Origin: Bacilli bacterium
GTDB taxonomy: Bacteria > Bacillota_I > Bacilli_A > RFN20 > CAG-826
NCBI GenBank assembly: GCA_045597865.1
Contig: JAZLKX010000025.1
Coordinates: forward strand, 128,001 to 192,000
Length of the DNA: 64,000 nucleotides
Direction: 5' to 3'
Shown here in pieces: positions 30,644 to 40,371 of this stretch. The notes under the pieces are model-generated. The model had not been told where the DNA came from, made no database searches, and saw nothing but the letters and a program-made list of their open reading frames with translations. The position numbers and the translations under genes were made by a program. The stretch's first letter is position 1. Each line of letters begins with the position of its first letter.

Positions 30644-32128
30644 ATGGCAAGAAAAGTTACTTTTAAACAAGAATATGTTGATAACAATATTGAACTTTCA
30701 GTTCACCATTTAAAACAATTCTTTAAATTTGGTCATGGTGCAAACTCCTTAAAGACAAAAGCTGTTCATGACGTTTCCTTTGATATTAAAAAAGGCGAAT
30801 GTTTTGGTCTTGTTGGCGAATCTGGTTGTGGTAAAACCACAACAGGACGTTCTCTTATTCGTCTTTATCACATCACTTCAGGTTCTGTTTACTTTGAAGG
30901 TTATAGAATCAGTGCAGGTAAAAGATGGAACGAAAAAGAAATCAAATGGTCCAAGATTAAAGGAAACAACAAGATTAAAGCTCTTGAACATAAAGAAAAA
31001 GAAGAAATCTTCTTCGCATCTATTGATGATACTTATGAAGCTGAACTTAGAGAACTTTATGCTAAGAAAGCTGCTTTATATGAAGAACTTGCTCAATTAA
31101 AAGTTAATTATGACCAAGCTTTGCTTGGAATTGAAGGAATTGAAGACTTTGAAGAAGCGGATAGACAAAAATCTGAAATCAAAAATAAATACAAAGTTGA
31201 GTCAAAGAAACTTCAAGATGATATTAATGAAAACAAACGTTTAGTTAAGGCTAAGAAAGTTGAAGCTTTAATGCATAGAGATGATTCTAATTTAGCTCAA
31301 TTAACTGAAGAAATTCATGCTAAATACGAACCTCAAATTAGAGAAATTAAGGAACATATTGAAAAAACTAAAAAAGAGCAAAAAGAAATCATTAAACAAA
31401 TCAACTACGATAATAAACACGTTGATAAGAAACTCATGAGCAAAATGCAAATGATTTTCCAAGATCCAGTTGATTCTCTTGACCCAAGAATGACAGTCGA
31501 AGACATCATTCAAGAAGGCTTACATATCCAAGGTCAACACAACAAGTTTGCTAATAGCAAAAAAGTTGCAGAAGTCCTTGAAAAAGTTGGTTTAATTCCA
31601 GAATATGCTTCTCGTTATCCACACGAGTTCAGTGGTGGTCAAAGACAAAGAATTGGTATTGCTCGTGCACTTGTTATGAATCCTTCATTCTTAATCTGTG
31701 ACGAACCAATTTCCGCTCTTGACGTTTCAATTCGTGCTCAAATTATTAACCTTCTTAATGACTTAAAAGAAGAAATGGGCTTAACAATTATGTTTATTGC
31801 TCACGACTTATCAGTCGTTAAGTATTTCTGTGATAGAATCGCAGTTATGTATTTTGGTGAGATGGTTGAGCTTGCAACAAGTGAAGAATTATTTAAACAT
31901 CCTTTACACCCATATTCACAAGCATTATTGTCCGCAATTCCAAAACCTGATCCACTTACTGAAAAGACCAGAAAAAGAATTGTGTATAATCCAAAAACAG
32001 CACACGATTATTCTAAAGAAAAACCAACTCTTCAAGAGATTGTTCCAGGACACTTTATTCTTGCAAACTCAGAAGAAATGGAAAAATATCGTGCTCAAAT
32101 TAAAGAGCTCGATGCTAAAGCAAAATAA
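30644..32128 (+). CDS. oppF: Oligopeptide ABC ATPase OppF with a coiled-coil insertion
   Basis: [34 protein letters not shown]. Confidence 0.9.
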   Translation: MARKVTFKQEYVDNNIELSVHHLKQFFKFGHGANSLKTKAVHDVSFDIKKGECFGLVGESGCGKTTTGRSLIRLYHITSGSVYFEGYRISAGKRWNEKEIKWSKIKGNNKIKALEHKEKEEIFFASIDDTYEAELRELYAKKAALYEELAQLKVNYDQALLGIEGIEDFEEADRQKSEIKNKYKVESKKLQDDINENKRLVKAKKVEALMHRDDSNLAQLTEEIHAKYEPQIREIKEHIEKTKKEQKEIIKQINYDNKHVDKKLMSKMQMIFQDPVDSLDPRMTVEDIIQEGLHIQGQHNKFANSKKVAEVLEKVGLIPEYASRYPHEFSGGQRQRIGIARALVMNPSFLICDEPISALDVSIRAQIINLLNDLKEEMGLTIMFIAHDLSVVKYFCDRIAVMYFGEMVELATSEELFKHPLHPYSQALLSAIPKPDPLTEKTRKRIVYNPKTAHDYSKEKPTLQEIVPGHFILANSEEMEKYRAQIKELDAKAK

Positions 32129-32134
32129 TGAATT

Positions 32135-32156
32135 ATGCACCTTTAGGTGCATTTTT
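32135..32156 (+). terminator. Intrinsic terminator after oppF
   Basis: ATGCACC-TTTA-GGTGCATTTTT. Confidence 0.65.
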
Positions 32157-32173
32157 CTTTAAAAGGAGTCTAT

Positions 32174-33379
32174 ATGATACAAACACCATTTTACAGAACA
32201 TACCAATTTGCACTTAAACTTGCCGCTAACTTTTTAGGAATTCATGAACCAAAAACACTTAATGAAGTTGATGCAATTTTAAAAGCTGGAGACATTCTTA
32301 TTGAACATGGATTTAAACATCCATTAGTAGTTACTGATAAAGGCTTACATTCTTTAGGGATGCATGAAAACCTTGTTCAATCAATAAAGGAAAAAGGATT
32401 AGGTTGTTCTTTATATTTTGATGTAGTTGCTAACCCAACAATTAAAAACGTTAATGATGGGTTAAAAATATATAAAGATGAAGGATGTGATTCAATTATT
32501 GCTATCGGTGGTGGAAGCGCAATGGATTGCGCAAAAACCATTGGTGCTTTAGCAGTTAATCCAAAGAAAAATGTTGAAGATTTAAAGGGTATTTTACATG
32601 TCCATCATAAAATTCCATACTTTATTGCAATTCCAACAACTGCTGGAACAGGTAGTGAAACTACCTTAGCTGCAGTAATTGTTAATGAGGAAACTCATCA
32701 TAAGTATGCAATTAATGATCCACATTTAATTCCAGACTATGCTTTATTTGATCCAAAACTTCTTTTGAATTTACCTGGAAAAATCACATCAACAACTGGT
32801 ATGGATGCATTAACTCATGCAGTTGAAGCATACATTGGCCATTCGAATACAAAGAAGACTAAAAGATGTGCAAGAGAAGCAGTTAAATTGATTTATGATC
32901 ATCTTTATGAATCATATGTTGAACCTAAAAATTATGAACATAGAATGGCAATGCAAGAAGCTGCTTTCAAAGCTGGTATTGCCTTTACTAGAGCTTATGT
33001 TGGTTATGTCCATGCAATCGCACACTCATTAGGTGGAAAATATAATGTTCCACATGGACTTGCTAACGCCATTATATTGCCGTATGTTTTAGAAGCATTT
33101 GGCAAGAAAGCTCATAAAAAATTAGCAGAACTTTCTGATGTAATTTCACTTTGTGAAAAAACTTCATCTCGTGAAGAAAAAGCCAAGGCATTTATCGAAT
33201 GGATTCGCGAGATGAATAAGAAGATGGATATTCCAGAAAAATTTGATATTGAATTCGATGAAAAAGCAGTGGATGAAATGGCAAATCATGCTTTTAAAGA
33301 AGGTAATCCACTTTACCCAGTTCCAAAAGAATTCAATATGTCTGATTTCAAAAATATCTATCGCAAAATTTTGAAATAA
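32174..33379 (+). CDS. Iron-containing alcohol dehydrogenase
   Basis: GGGSAMD, PTTAGTGSE, GMDALTHAVEAY, HAIAH..HG; SD AAGGAG before ATG 32174. Confidence 0.92.
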   Translation: MIQTPFYRTYQFALKLAANFLGIHEPKTLNEVDAILKAGDILIEHGFKHPLVVTDKGLHSLGMHENLVQSIKEKGLGCSLYFDVVANPTIKNVNDGLKIYKDEGCDSIIAIGGGSAMDCAKTIGALAVNPKKNVEDLKGILHVHHKIPYFIAIPTTAGTGSETTLAAVIVNEETHHKYAINDPHLIPDYALFDPKLLLNLPGKITSTTGMDALTHAVEAYIGHSNTKKTKRCAREAVKLIYDHLYESYVEPKNYEHRMAMQEAAFKAGIAFTRAYVGYVHAIAHSLGGKYNVPHGLANAIILPYVLEAFGKKAHKKLAELSDVISLCEKTSSREEKAKAFIEWIREMNKKMDIPEKFDIEFDEKAVDEMANHAFKEGNPLYPVPKEFNMSDFKNIYRKILK

Positions 33380-33452
33380 AGATTTGCTATTGCCTAAATT
33401 ATTGAAAATAAAATTCGATATAGGTATAATTTAATTAATTAGGAGACAAATT

Positions 33453-34454
33453 ATGAAATTAAAATTGTTAAAATTCATCATTCCTTGTGTTGCTTCTTTA
33501 GCATGTCTTTCTGGTTGTGGCGAAAATGGCGATTATAAACCAACAGAAGAACAAAAGAAGGAAATCGCATCTTATTATGCTAAATACGATTTAGAAAAAG
33601 AAGGCGGTTATTTGCTCGAAGAACTTCAAAAGCTCTGCTTTAAGACACATACTGTATATGTAAAATACAAGTCTTATTCTACATATGCTTCCTTTGCTAC
33701 AGACCATATTTCTTCTGAAGCAGTTCCAGGAACAGTCAAGTATAAAAAAGATGGAACCGTTGATTTTACAAATTCCAAAAAATCAGGTAAAAATGAATAT
33801 TTTTATACAGGAAAAACCGCTTCTGGTGTAGGAACACGTGAACACGTTTGGCCATGTGCTAACTCTGATCAACTTTGGGTTCACGAATCTAGCGCTGGCT
33901 CACATTATGTTGATGGTTCAACATATAAAGGTGGAGGAAGTGACTTATATCACGTTCGCCCATCTACACCTGCAGTTAACACAGCTCGTGGTAACTCAAA
34001 ATTTGTCGATTTTGATGATGATGAATTTGAACAACTTAGAGATACAATCGTTGAATATGGCGATAAAGGCCCATATAAATTAAAACTTCAAGGTGGACAA
34101 TCAAACAAGACTCCACCAGAGTTTGCTGATAAAGTAGAAGTTGATGATCACTATAAAGGTGACGTCGCAAGAATCTTAGTCTATGTTTGGGTTCACTATG
34201 GAAATCATGGAAATTTTGATTTTATTAGTGATACTAAAAAAGATATGATTGGAGATTTGGATCTTTGTAGTGTTTTAGGTTATGGTCCAAATAGAGAAAG
34301 AGTTTTTGAAAAACTCTGCGAATGGAATAATATGGATCCACCTTCATCAACTGAAAAGTTAAGAAATGATACTGTTCAAAAATTACAAGGTAACCGTAAT
34401 CCATTCGTTGATCATCCAGAATTAATGGAACAGTTATTACTTGAAATGATTTAA
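33453..34454 (+). CDS. Endonuclease I (EndA/Bsn family) lipoprotein
   Basis: Lipobox LSGC; REHVWP, DLYHVRP, NTARGN, KGDVAR, QGNRNPFVDHP. Confidence 0.88.
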   Translation: MKLKLLKFIIPCVASLACLSGCGENGDYKPTEEQKKEIASYYAKYDLEKEGGYLLEELQKLCFKTHTVYVKYKSYSTYASFATDHISSEAVPGTVKYKKDGTVDFTNSKKSGKNEYFYTGKTASGVGTREHVWPCANSDQLWVHESSAGSHYVDGSTYKGGGSDLYHVRPSTPAVNTARGNSKFVDFDDDEFEQLRDTIVEYGDKGPYKLKLQGGQSNKTPPEFADKVEVDDHYKGDVARILVYVWVHYGNHGNFDFISDTKKDMIGDLDLCSVLGYGPNRERVFEKLCEWNNMDPPSSTEKLRNDTVQKLQGNRNPFVDHPELMEQLLLEMI

Positions 34455-34459
34455 AAAAC

Positions 34460-34482
34460 AAGGGTTCTAATGAACCCTTTTT
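34460..34482 (+). terminator. Intrinsic terminator
   Basis: AAGGGTTC-TAAT-GAACCCTTTTT. Confidence 0.7.
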
Positions 34483-34488
34483 AATATT

Positions 34489-35784
34489 ATGTTTAAAGTT
34501 GGTCTTATATCTTTAGGTTGTGCTAAAAATCTCGTTGATAGCGAGATGATTTTAGGCGCACTTGCTAATTCAAAATTTGAAATTGTTAATACAATTCAAG
34601 AAAGTGATGTAATTATTGTTAATACATGTGGCTTTATTGAAGCAAGTAAAGAAGAATCAATTGAAAACATATTAGATGTTTGTAAGTATGGCAAAAAGGT
34701 AGTGGTCACAGGTTGTCTAGTTGAACGTTATCTTGATGAACTTAAAGCTTCTATTCCAGAAGTTGATTTGTGGATTCCAATTAGAGAATATTCACACTTT
34801 TCAGAGCTCATTGAAAAGATGCTTGAAAATAAGCAAGAAGTTGAACCATTAAATCCATTTGTAAGAATGCTTTCTACACCTCCTTGGATGGCTTATTTAA
34901 GAATCTCGGAAGGTTGTAATAATTGTTGTGCTTATTGTGCAATTCCTCTCATTCGCGGACATTTCAGAAGTAGACCTTTTGATGATGTAATTTCAGAGGC
35001 AAAATTGCTTGCAAAAAACGGTATAAAAGAACTCGTTTTAATTAGCCAAGATACAACAAGATACGGCACGGATTTTAAGCCTCAAAAATCAATAGTAGAT
35101 TTGCTTAAAGAATTAGTGAAAATTTCTGAGTTTAAATCCATTAGATTGCTCTACCTTTATCCAGACGAAATAACCGAGAATTTGATTGATTTTATCGCAA
35201 AAACCCCGGTAATTTCCCCATATTTTGATATTCCGTTCCAACATTCAAGTGACCCAGTTTTGAAGGGAATGTTACGTCGTGGAACGCACGAAAGTTATCA
35301 AAAATTAATTGACCAAATTAGGGTTAAAATTCCACATGCAATTATACGTACAACTTATATCGTTGGATTCCCTGGTGAAACCGATGATGATTTTGTTGAT
35401 TTAGTAGCCTTCACTCGAAAGAATAAATTTGATCACATGGGTGCCTTTAAATACTCTCGTGAAGATGGCACAAAAGCATATGATTATGATAATCAAGTTG
35501 AGGAAGCTTTAAAGGCTGGAAGACTTGCAAAAATCATGGAAGTTCAAAAGAAGATTTCATATCAAAATAACAAAGTTAGAGTTGGCGAAATAATGCATGG
35601 AATTGTGGTGGAATATAATCCAACAAATAAAGTGTATGGACTCCGTTCTTATTGGAATGCACCAGACGATATTGATGGCAAAATTAGTTTCGTCTCAAAT
35701 AAAGAGTTGAAACTTGGAGACGAAGTTGATGTAAAGATTACAAATGCATTCGTCTATGATTTATTTGGAGAAGTAGTTGAATAA
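34489..35784 (+). CDS. rimO: Ribosomal protein S12 methylthiotransferase RimO
   Basis: SLGCAKNLVDSE, NTCGFI, radical-SAM CNNCCAYC, IVGFPGET, APDDIDG, TRAM domain. Confidence 0.93.
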   Translation: MFKVGLISLGCAKNLVDSEMILGALANSKFEIVNTIQESDVIIVNTCGFIEASKEESIENILDVCKYGKKVVVTGCLVERYLDELKASIPEVDLWIPIREYSHFSELIEKMLENKQEVEPLNPFVRMLSTPPWMAYLRISEGCNNCCAYCAIPLIRGHFRSRPFDDVISEAKLLAKNGIKELVLISQDTTRYGTDFKPQKSIVDLLKELVKISEFKSIRLLYLYPDEITENLIDFIAKTPVISPYFDIPFQHSSDPVLKGMLRRGTHESYQKLIDQIRVKIPHAIIRTTYIVGFPGETDDDFVDLVAFTRKNKFDHMGAFKYSREDGTKAYDYDNQVEEALKAGRLAKIMEVQKKISYQNNKVRVGEIMHGIVVEYNPTNKVYGLRSYWNAPDDIDGKISFVSNKELKLGDEVDVKITNAFVYDLFGEVVE

Positions 35785-35815
35785 ATAATAGTTTATATAT
35801 ATAATCTATTGCGTT

Positions 35816-35889
35816 GCCTCCATAGTTAAATGGCATAACGGATCCATGGTAAGGATCAATTCGTAGTTCGATTCTGCGTGGAGGCACCA
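35816..35889 (+). tRNA. tRNA-Thr(GGT)
   Basis: Acceptor GCCTCCA/TGGAGGC, D arm GTTA/TAAC, anticodon arm GATCC-ATGGTAA-GGATC, T arm CGTAG-TTCGATT-CTGCG, encoded CCA. Confidence 0.95.
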
Positions 35890-35932
35890 TTAAATCGTTA
35901 AAAAGTGCAACCCTCTAAAAAGATTGCATTTT

Positions 35933-36208
35933 TTATTTTTTTAGTTCAATTTTGACAAAGTCAATAAAGTCTTCTTTTGGAATAGATTCGAGTCTTTTAC
36001 AAATTGTGTTTATTTCATCGTTGGCATCCCTTTCGATAAGATAGTCGACAGTAACGCCAAAGAAATCTGCTAATTGAATAAGTTGGTGAATTTTTGGCTC
36101 ATAGATGCCATTTTCCCAGTTTAATAATGTTTGGCCAGTAACGTTTAGTTTTTTAGCTAATTCGTTTTGAGTGATGCCTGATTTAATTCTTAGTTCTTTT
36201 AATCTCAT
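35933..36208 (-). CDS. XRE/Cro-CI family HTH regulator
   Basis: RLKELR..GITQNELAKKLNVTGQTLLNWENG..EP..LADFFGVTVDYL; SD GAGGA before ATG 36208. Confidence 0.9.
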   Translation of the reverse strand: MRLKELRIKSGITQNELAKKLNVTGQTLLNWENGIYEPKIHQLIQLADFFGVTVDYLIERDANDEINTICKRLESIPKEDFIDFVKIELKK

Positions 36209-36307
36209 CAAAGTTTCCTCAACAAAATAATCAAGGAAACCTTGACTATTTAGTAGTAAAATCAAGTAAAGTTTAGTAAAATATTCAATAAATCAAGGAA
36301 ACTTTGA
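36208..36307. promoter_or_regulatory. Array of palindromic operator-like sites between xre and the MTase
   Basis: TCAAGGAAACCTTGA (36231), TCAAGTAAAGTTTAG (36262), TCAAGGAAACTTTGA (36293) and inverted TCAAAGTTTCCTCAA (36208). Confidence 0.7.
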
Positions 36308-36326
36308 TTTTGGGAGTATTGGGAAG

Positions 36327-37475
36327 ATGGCTACTAAATTGATGGATAAGGCCAAAAGGGATAAGGCTGATGAGTTTTATACTCAAATGTACGACATTGA
36401 GATAGAACTCAAACATTATAAAAATTATTTTAAGGATAAAGTTATTCTTTGTAATTGTGATGATCCTTACGAAAGTAATTTCTTTAAGTATTTTGCTTTA
36501 AATTTTAATTATTTTGGATTAAAGAAACTTATTGCAACATGTTACGATGGTTCGCCTATTGTTGGAACACAATTAAATCTTTTTGAAGATTTGATGGAAA
36601 CTGGAAGAAATGCTTATAAAATTGAAATAAGTTCTGTTGAAGATTTAAATAAAGATGGCTCAGTTGACTTAAGCGATGTTGAGATTCTTTTAAGAAATAA
36701 AGCAAATGTAATGACCAAATTGAAAGAGAACGGCGATTTTAGAAGCGGAGAATGCCTAGAATTGCTTAATGAAGCCGACATTGTTGTTACCAATCCTCCG
36801 TTTTCTCTTTTTAGAGAATATATAGCAACTCTCGAAGATTTAAATAAGAATTTCATAATTTTAGGTAATACAAATGCTTTAACTTATAAAGAAGTTTTTA
36901 GAATGTTTCAAGAAAATAAAATTAGAACAGGTTATACAAATTTTAATACCGGAATGTATTTTATGGTTCCTGATTCTGTTGAAAAGTATCATAAAATCGA
37001 CAGTAATGGTAGAAAAATGGTTAGAGTTTCAACCTCGTGCTGGTTTACAAATATGCCGGTTGAAAAGCATAATGAAATTTTGACTTTATATGAAAAATAT
37101 AACGAAAATAAGTTTCATAAATATTGTAATTACAATGCAATTAACGTAGACAATTACAAAGAAATTCCTGTTGATTTTCCAGGAAATATTGGCGTGCCAG
37201 TAACTTTCTTGGACAAATTTAATCCTGATCAATTTCAAATTGTGGCATTAGGAATTACCGGAAGCATTGAATTTGATTCTGAGAGAAAGATGTTTATTTT
37301 AGATAAAGAAGGTAATAACACCGGTAAAGTTACAGTTAATGCAAAAGGGACACTTTATAGGAAACATTATGAGGATGATAAAAAACCAGCGGCTTTTATG
37401 GATTGTGATACTGGTGAGTTATATCAAAGTATTTATGCTAGGGTTATTGTCAAAAATAAAATGTTAGGAGAATAA
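36327..37475 (+). CDS. Adenine-specific DNA methyltransferase, EcoRI family
   Basis: AKRDKADEFYTQ, CNCDDPYESNF, GDFRSGEC, catalytic VVTNPPFSLFREY, GVPVTFLDKFNPDQF. Confidence 0.9.
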   Translation: MATKLMDKAKRDKADEFYTQMYDIEIELKHYKNYFKDKVILCNCDDPYESNFFKYFALNFNYFGLKKLIATCYDGSPIVGTQLNLFEDLMETGRNAYKIEISSVEDLNKDGSVDLSDVEILLRNKANVMTKLKENGDFRSGECLELLNEADIVVTNPPFSLFREYIATLEDLNKNFIILGNTNALTYKEVFRMFQENKIRTGYTNFNTGMYFMVPDSVEKYHKIDSNGRKMVRVSTSCWFTNMPVEKHNEILTLYEKYNENKFHKYCNYNAINVDNYKEIPVDFPGNIGVPVTFLDKFNPDQFQIVALGITGSIEFDSERKMFILDKEGNNTGKVTVNAKGTLYRKHYEDDKKPAAFMDCDTGELYQSIYARVIVKNKMLGE

Positions 37476-37477
37476 TT

Positions 37478-38587
37478 ATGCTTAAAATCGATTTAAAAGA
37501 AATTAAAATTAGAGACATTGTTGACGCTTATTTAGATAGCGGTGAAAGCGGTGTTGTTGGTTTTGGAGGAAAATTAAATATCCGCCCAGCATATCAAAGG
37601 GAGTTTGTTTACAAAGAACAACAAAGAAATGCTGTTATTGAAACTATTCGCAAAGGGTTCCCACTAAACGTTATGTATTGGTGTGAAAATGACGATGGTT
37701 CATATGAGATTCTTGATGGTCAACAAAGAACAATAAGCTTTTGCCAATTTTGTTCAAATGAATTTATGATGGATTTTGGTGGAACGTTAAGAACGTTTTT
37801 GTCACTTCCACAAAGTGAAAAAGACCAAATTTTAGACTATAAATGCATGATTTACATTTGCAAAGGTAACGATAGAGAAAAGCTTGACTGGTTCAGAGTA
37901 ATTAATACTGCGGGTGAAAAATTAACTGATCAAGAATTAAGAAATGCATGTTATCCAGGAAAATGGTTAACAAACGCAAAATCTCAATTTAGTAAACCAG
38001 GATGTGCTGCATCTGGAATGGCAAACAAGTATCTTTCTGGTGTTGCAATTAGACAAGATTACCTAGAAACAGCTTTAGATTGGATTAGACAATCTCAAGG
38101 ATTAGATAGCATCGAAGCTTATATGGTTTTGCATCAACATGACGCAAATTCACTGGAATTATGGAATTACTTTACTAATGTTATTAACTGGGCCATGGCG
38201 ACCTTTTCAACTTATAGAAGTGCAATGAAAGGTGTTCAATGGGGTGTCTTATATAATAAATTTCACTCAAATATTTACGATGCAGACATTATGGAAGCAA
38301 AAGTAAAAGAGTTAATGGCTGATGATGAAGTAGGCAATAAAAAGGGTATCTATGAGTACTTATTTGATGGAGATGAGAGACATCTTAATTTAAGAGCATT
38401 CACTGATTCAGAAAAAAGAACAATGTATGAGCGTCAAAATGGAATTTGTCCAAAGTGCCATAAACATTTTGAATTTGAAGAAATGGAAGGCGATCATATC
38501 GACCCATGGCATGATGGCGGCAAAACAACATTAGATAATGGTCAAATGCTTTGTAAGCATTGCAACCGTGTTAAAAGTGGTGCATAA
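37478..38587 (+). CDS. DUF262 (GmrSD/ParB-like) plus C-terminal HNH endonuclease
   Basis: RPAYQREFVY, LDGQQRT, FRVINTAG..L; CPKC..EGDHIDPW..GGKT..NGQMLCKHCN. Confidence 0.88.
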   Translation: MLKIDLKEIKIRDIVDAYLDSGESGVVGFGGKLNIRPAYQREFVYKEQQRNAVIETIRKGFPLNVMYWCENDDGSYEILDGQQRTISFCQFCSNEFMMDFGGTLRTFLSLPQSEKDQILDYKCMIYICKGNDREKLDWFRVINTAGEKLTDQELRNACYPGKWLTNAKSQFSKPGCAASGMANKYLSGVAIRQDYLETALDWIRQSQGLDSIEAYMVLHQHDANSLELWNYFTNVINWAMATFSTYRSAMKGVQWGVLYNKFHSNIYDADIMEAKVKELMADDEVGNKKGIYEYLFDGDERHLNLRAFTDSEKRTMYERQNGICPKCHKHFEFEEMEGDHIDPWHDGGKTTLDNGQMLCKHCNRVKSGA

Positions 38588-38590
38588 AAC

Positions 38591-39310
38591 ATGAACATTA
38601 AAGTTTGCGCAAACAATAAATATGTAAATCTAAAAGGTGAGTATTTTTCTGATACAGGCAAAATCATAATATATAAGGATTCAAAGTACAGGGTTGATTA
38701 CGCACCATCATGTATGCAACATATTTTACGTGCCAGAGATGAAATATTACCTATCATTGGCGATAATGGAACAATCGTAAAAGATTATGAATTTAATACA
38801 GCTGGTGGTGCTGCATCAATTTTGTGTGGTTCAATGACTAATGGTCTCGATTTCTTTAGAGAAGTTGAAACAAATAAAACCTTAAATGAATTTTTGGGAA
38901 ATAAGGAAACAAAAAGTCTTAGAATAAGTCCAAAAGAAAAACCATATCTTCTATTAGAAGGAGAGAAAAAATTTACGAGAATATATTCAGTAGGCAAAAA
39001 AGCTTTAACTAATAGCGGATTTACATGTTATGTTGATGCAAATCACGAAACTTTTATTACTGACGCCGGTTCAGTTTATATGGAAGCTCATCATTTAATA
39101 CCTTTTAAGTATCAAAAAGATTTTGTTTATAGTTTACAAGTTCCTGCCAATATTGTTTGTTTATGTCCGGAATGTCATCGTAAGTTACATTATGGAAAAG
39201 ACAGAAAAATATTGCTAAAAAGACTTTATGATGATCGCAAATTTGATTTAAAAAAGGCTAAAATTGGAATTACATTTGCACAGCTTTGCAAATATTACGA
39301 TATCGAATAA
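38591..39310 (+). CDS. DUF4357/RAMA-like domain plus McrA-like HNH endonuclease
   Basis: DYEFNTAGGAASILCGSMTNGLDFFR resembles DUF4357; YMEAHHLIP..ANIVCLCPECHRKLHYG. Confidence 0.72.
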   Translation: MNIKVCANNKYVNLKGEYFSDTGKIIIYKDSKYRVDYAPSCMQHILRARDEILPIIGDNGTIVKDYEFNTAGGAASILCGSMTNGLDFFREVETNKTLNEFLGNKETKSLRISPKEKPYLLLEGEKKFTRIYSVGKKALTNSGFTCYVDANHETFITDAGSVYMEAHHLIPFKYQKDFVYSLQVPANIVCLCPECHRKLHYGKDRKILLKRLYDDRKFDLKKAKIGITFAQLCKYYDIE

Positions 39311-39364
39311 ACTTTACTTTTTAAATCTTTGATTTATGTTCGTATACTACAAGGAGGTAGTCAT

Positions 39365-39763
39365 ATGGACCCAAAAATTAAAGAACAACTCTTAAAAATG
39401 AAAGAGCACGGATTCTCGTATCGGAGAATCTCTTTTCTTTTAAACATTCCACTAAGTAATGTAAAAAGCACAGTTCTTAGAGCAAGAAAAGCACCAGTAA
39501 AGAAGATTTATTGTAAAACCTGTGGTAAGTATGTAAAACAACCAAAAGGCAAGAAAGAAAAGAATTTCTGTAGCGATAAATGTCGCACCAAATGGTGGAA
39601 CGCTCATAAAGATCTAATTAAACATTCAAATCCTGTTTATAAGAAATGTCCAATCTGTGGAAAAGTTTTCATTACTTATAAGAGCCAAAACAAAATTTAT
39701 TGTTGTAGAGAATGCTATAGGAGAGCCAAATGGGTAAAACAGACGAATATTTTCACCGATTAG
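39365..39763 (+). CDS. Sigma70-r4-like HTH plus two Cys4 zinc-finger modules (paralog 1)
   Basis: GFSYRRIS..LSNVKS; CKTCGK..FCSDKCRTKWW; CPICGK..YCCRECY; SD AGGAGG. Confidence 0.75.
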   Translation: MDPKIKEQLLKMKEHGFSYRRISFLLNIPLSNVKSTVLRARKAPVKKIYCKTCGKYVKQPKGKKEKNFCSDKCRTKWWNAHKDLIKHSNPVYKKCPICGKVFITYKSQNKIYCCRECYRRAKWVKQTNIFTD

Positions 39764-39918
39764 AAGATTATGTTTTATCGATGCTTATTGTAAAAAGAAT
39801 GCTAATAGAGAATGTGATAACTAAACAAACCTACTCTCAAATGGAAAATGAACTTGCAAAAGAACTTAATGTCAAAAATAGTCTAGCAAGAGATGCTTTT
39901 AAACAAATAATTAAATAA
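39730..39918 (+). CDS. Small SHOCT-like protein of integrative elements
   Basis: Y..SM..VKRML..NVIT..Y..M...L pattern; overlaps the end of the upstream gene; SD AGGAG. Confidence 0.55.
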   Translation: MGKTDEYFHRLEDYVLSMLIVKRMLIENVITKQTYSQMENELAKELNVKNSLARDAFKQIIK

Positions 39919-39969
39919 TCGTCTATCAAATCATTACTTTTTGTCCATTAACTATCAGGAGGTAGTCAA

Positions 39970-40371
39970 ATGGACTCAATACATAATAAAGTGCTATCGC
40001 TTTATAAAAATAAGATGTCTGCTAGTGATATAGCTTTCATCTTAGAAATCTCGGTAGCGGCAGTTGAAAATTACATCAAGGATTTGGAAGAAGAAAATGA
40101 ATTCCAATATTGTGAAAACTGTGGAAAAAGAATGGTTTCGATTAAAGGAAAAAAGAAAAAACGTTTTTGCTGTGACAAGTGCAGAAATGAGTGGTGGAAT
40201 GCTCATCAAGATCAAGTAAACAAAAAGGCTTACTATGTAAAAACCTGTGTTTGTTGCCGCAAAAAGTTTTTGTCGTACGGAAACAAAAACGCCAAATATT
40301 GTTCACACGAATGTTACATTAAGCACAGATATCATAGGGAGAGAAGACATTATGAAAAAAGATACAATTAA
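39970..40371 (+). CDS. HTH plus two zinc-finger modules (paralog 2)
   Basis: DIAFILEISVAAVENY; CENCGK..FCCDKCRNEWW; CVCC..YCSHECY; SD AGGAGG. Confidence 0.75.
   Translation: MDSIHNKVLSLYKNKMSASDIAFILEISVAAVENYIKDLEEENEFQYCENCGKRMVSIKGKKKKRFCCDKCRNEWWNAHQDQVNKKAYYVKTCVCCRKKFLSYGNKNAKYCSHECYIKHRYHRERRHYEKRYN

Noticed and set aside
35320-35322. AGG-to-Met recoding, reported for some uncultured Bacilli
   Set aside because: This AGG in rimO (DQI-R-VKIP) falls at a position that is typically Arg in RimO/MiaB; one site only, but no evidence for recoding
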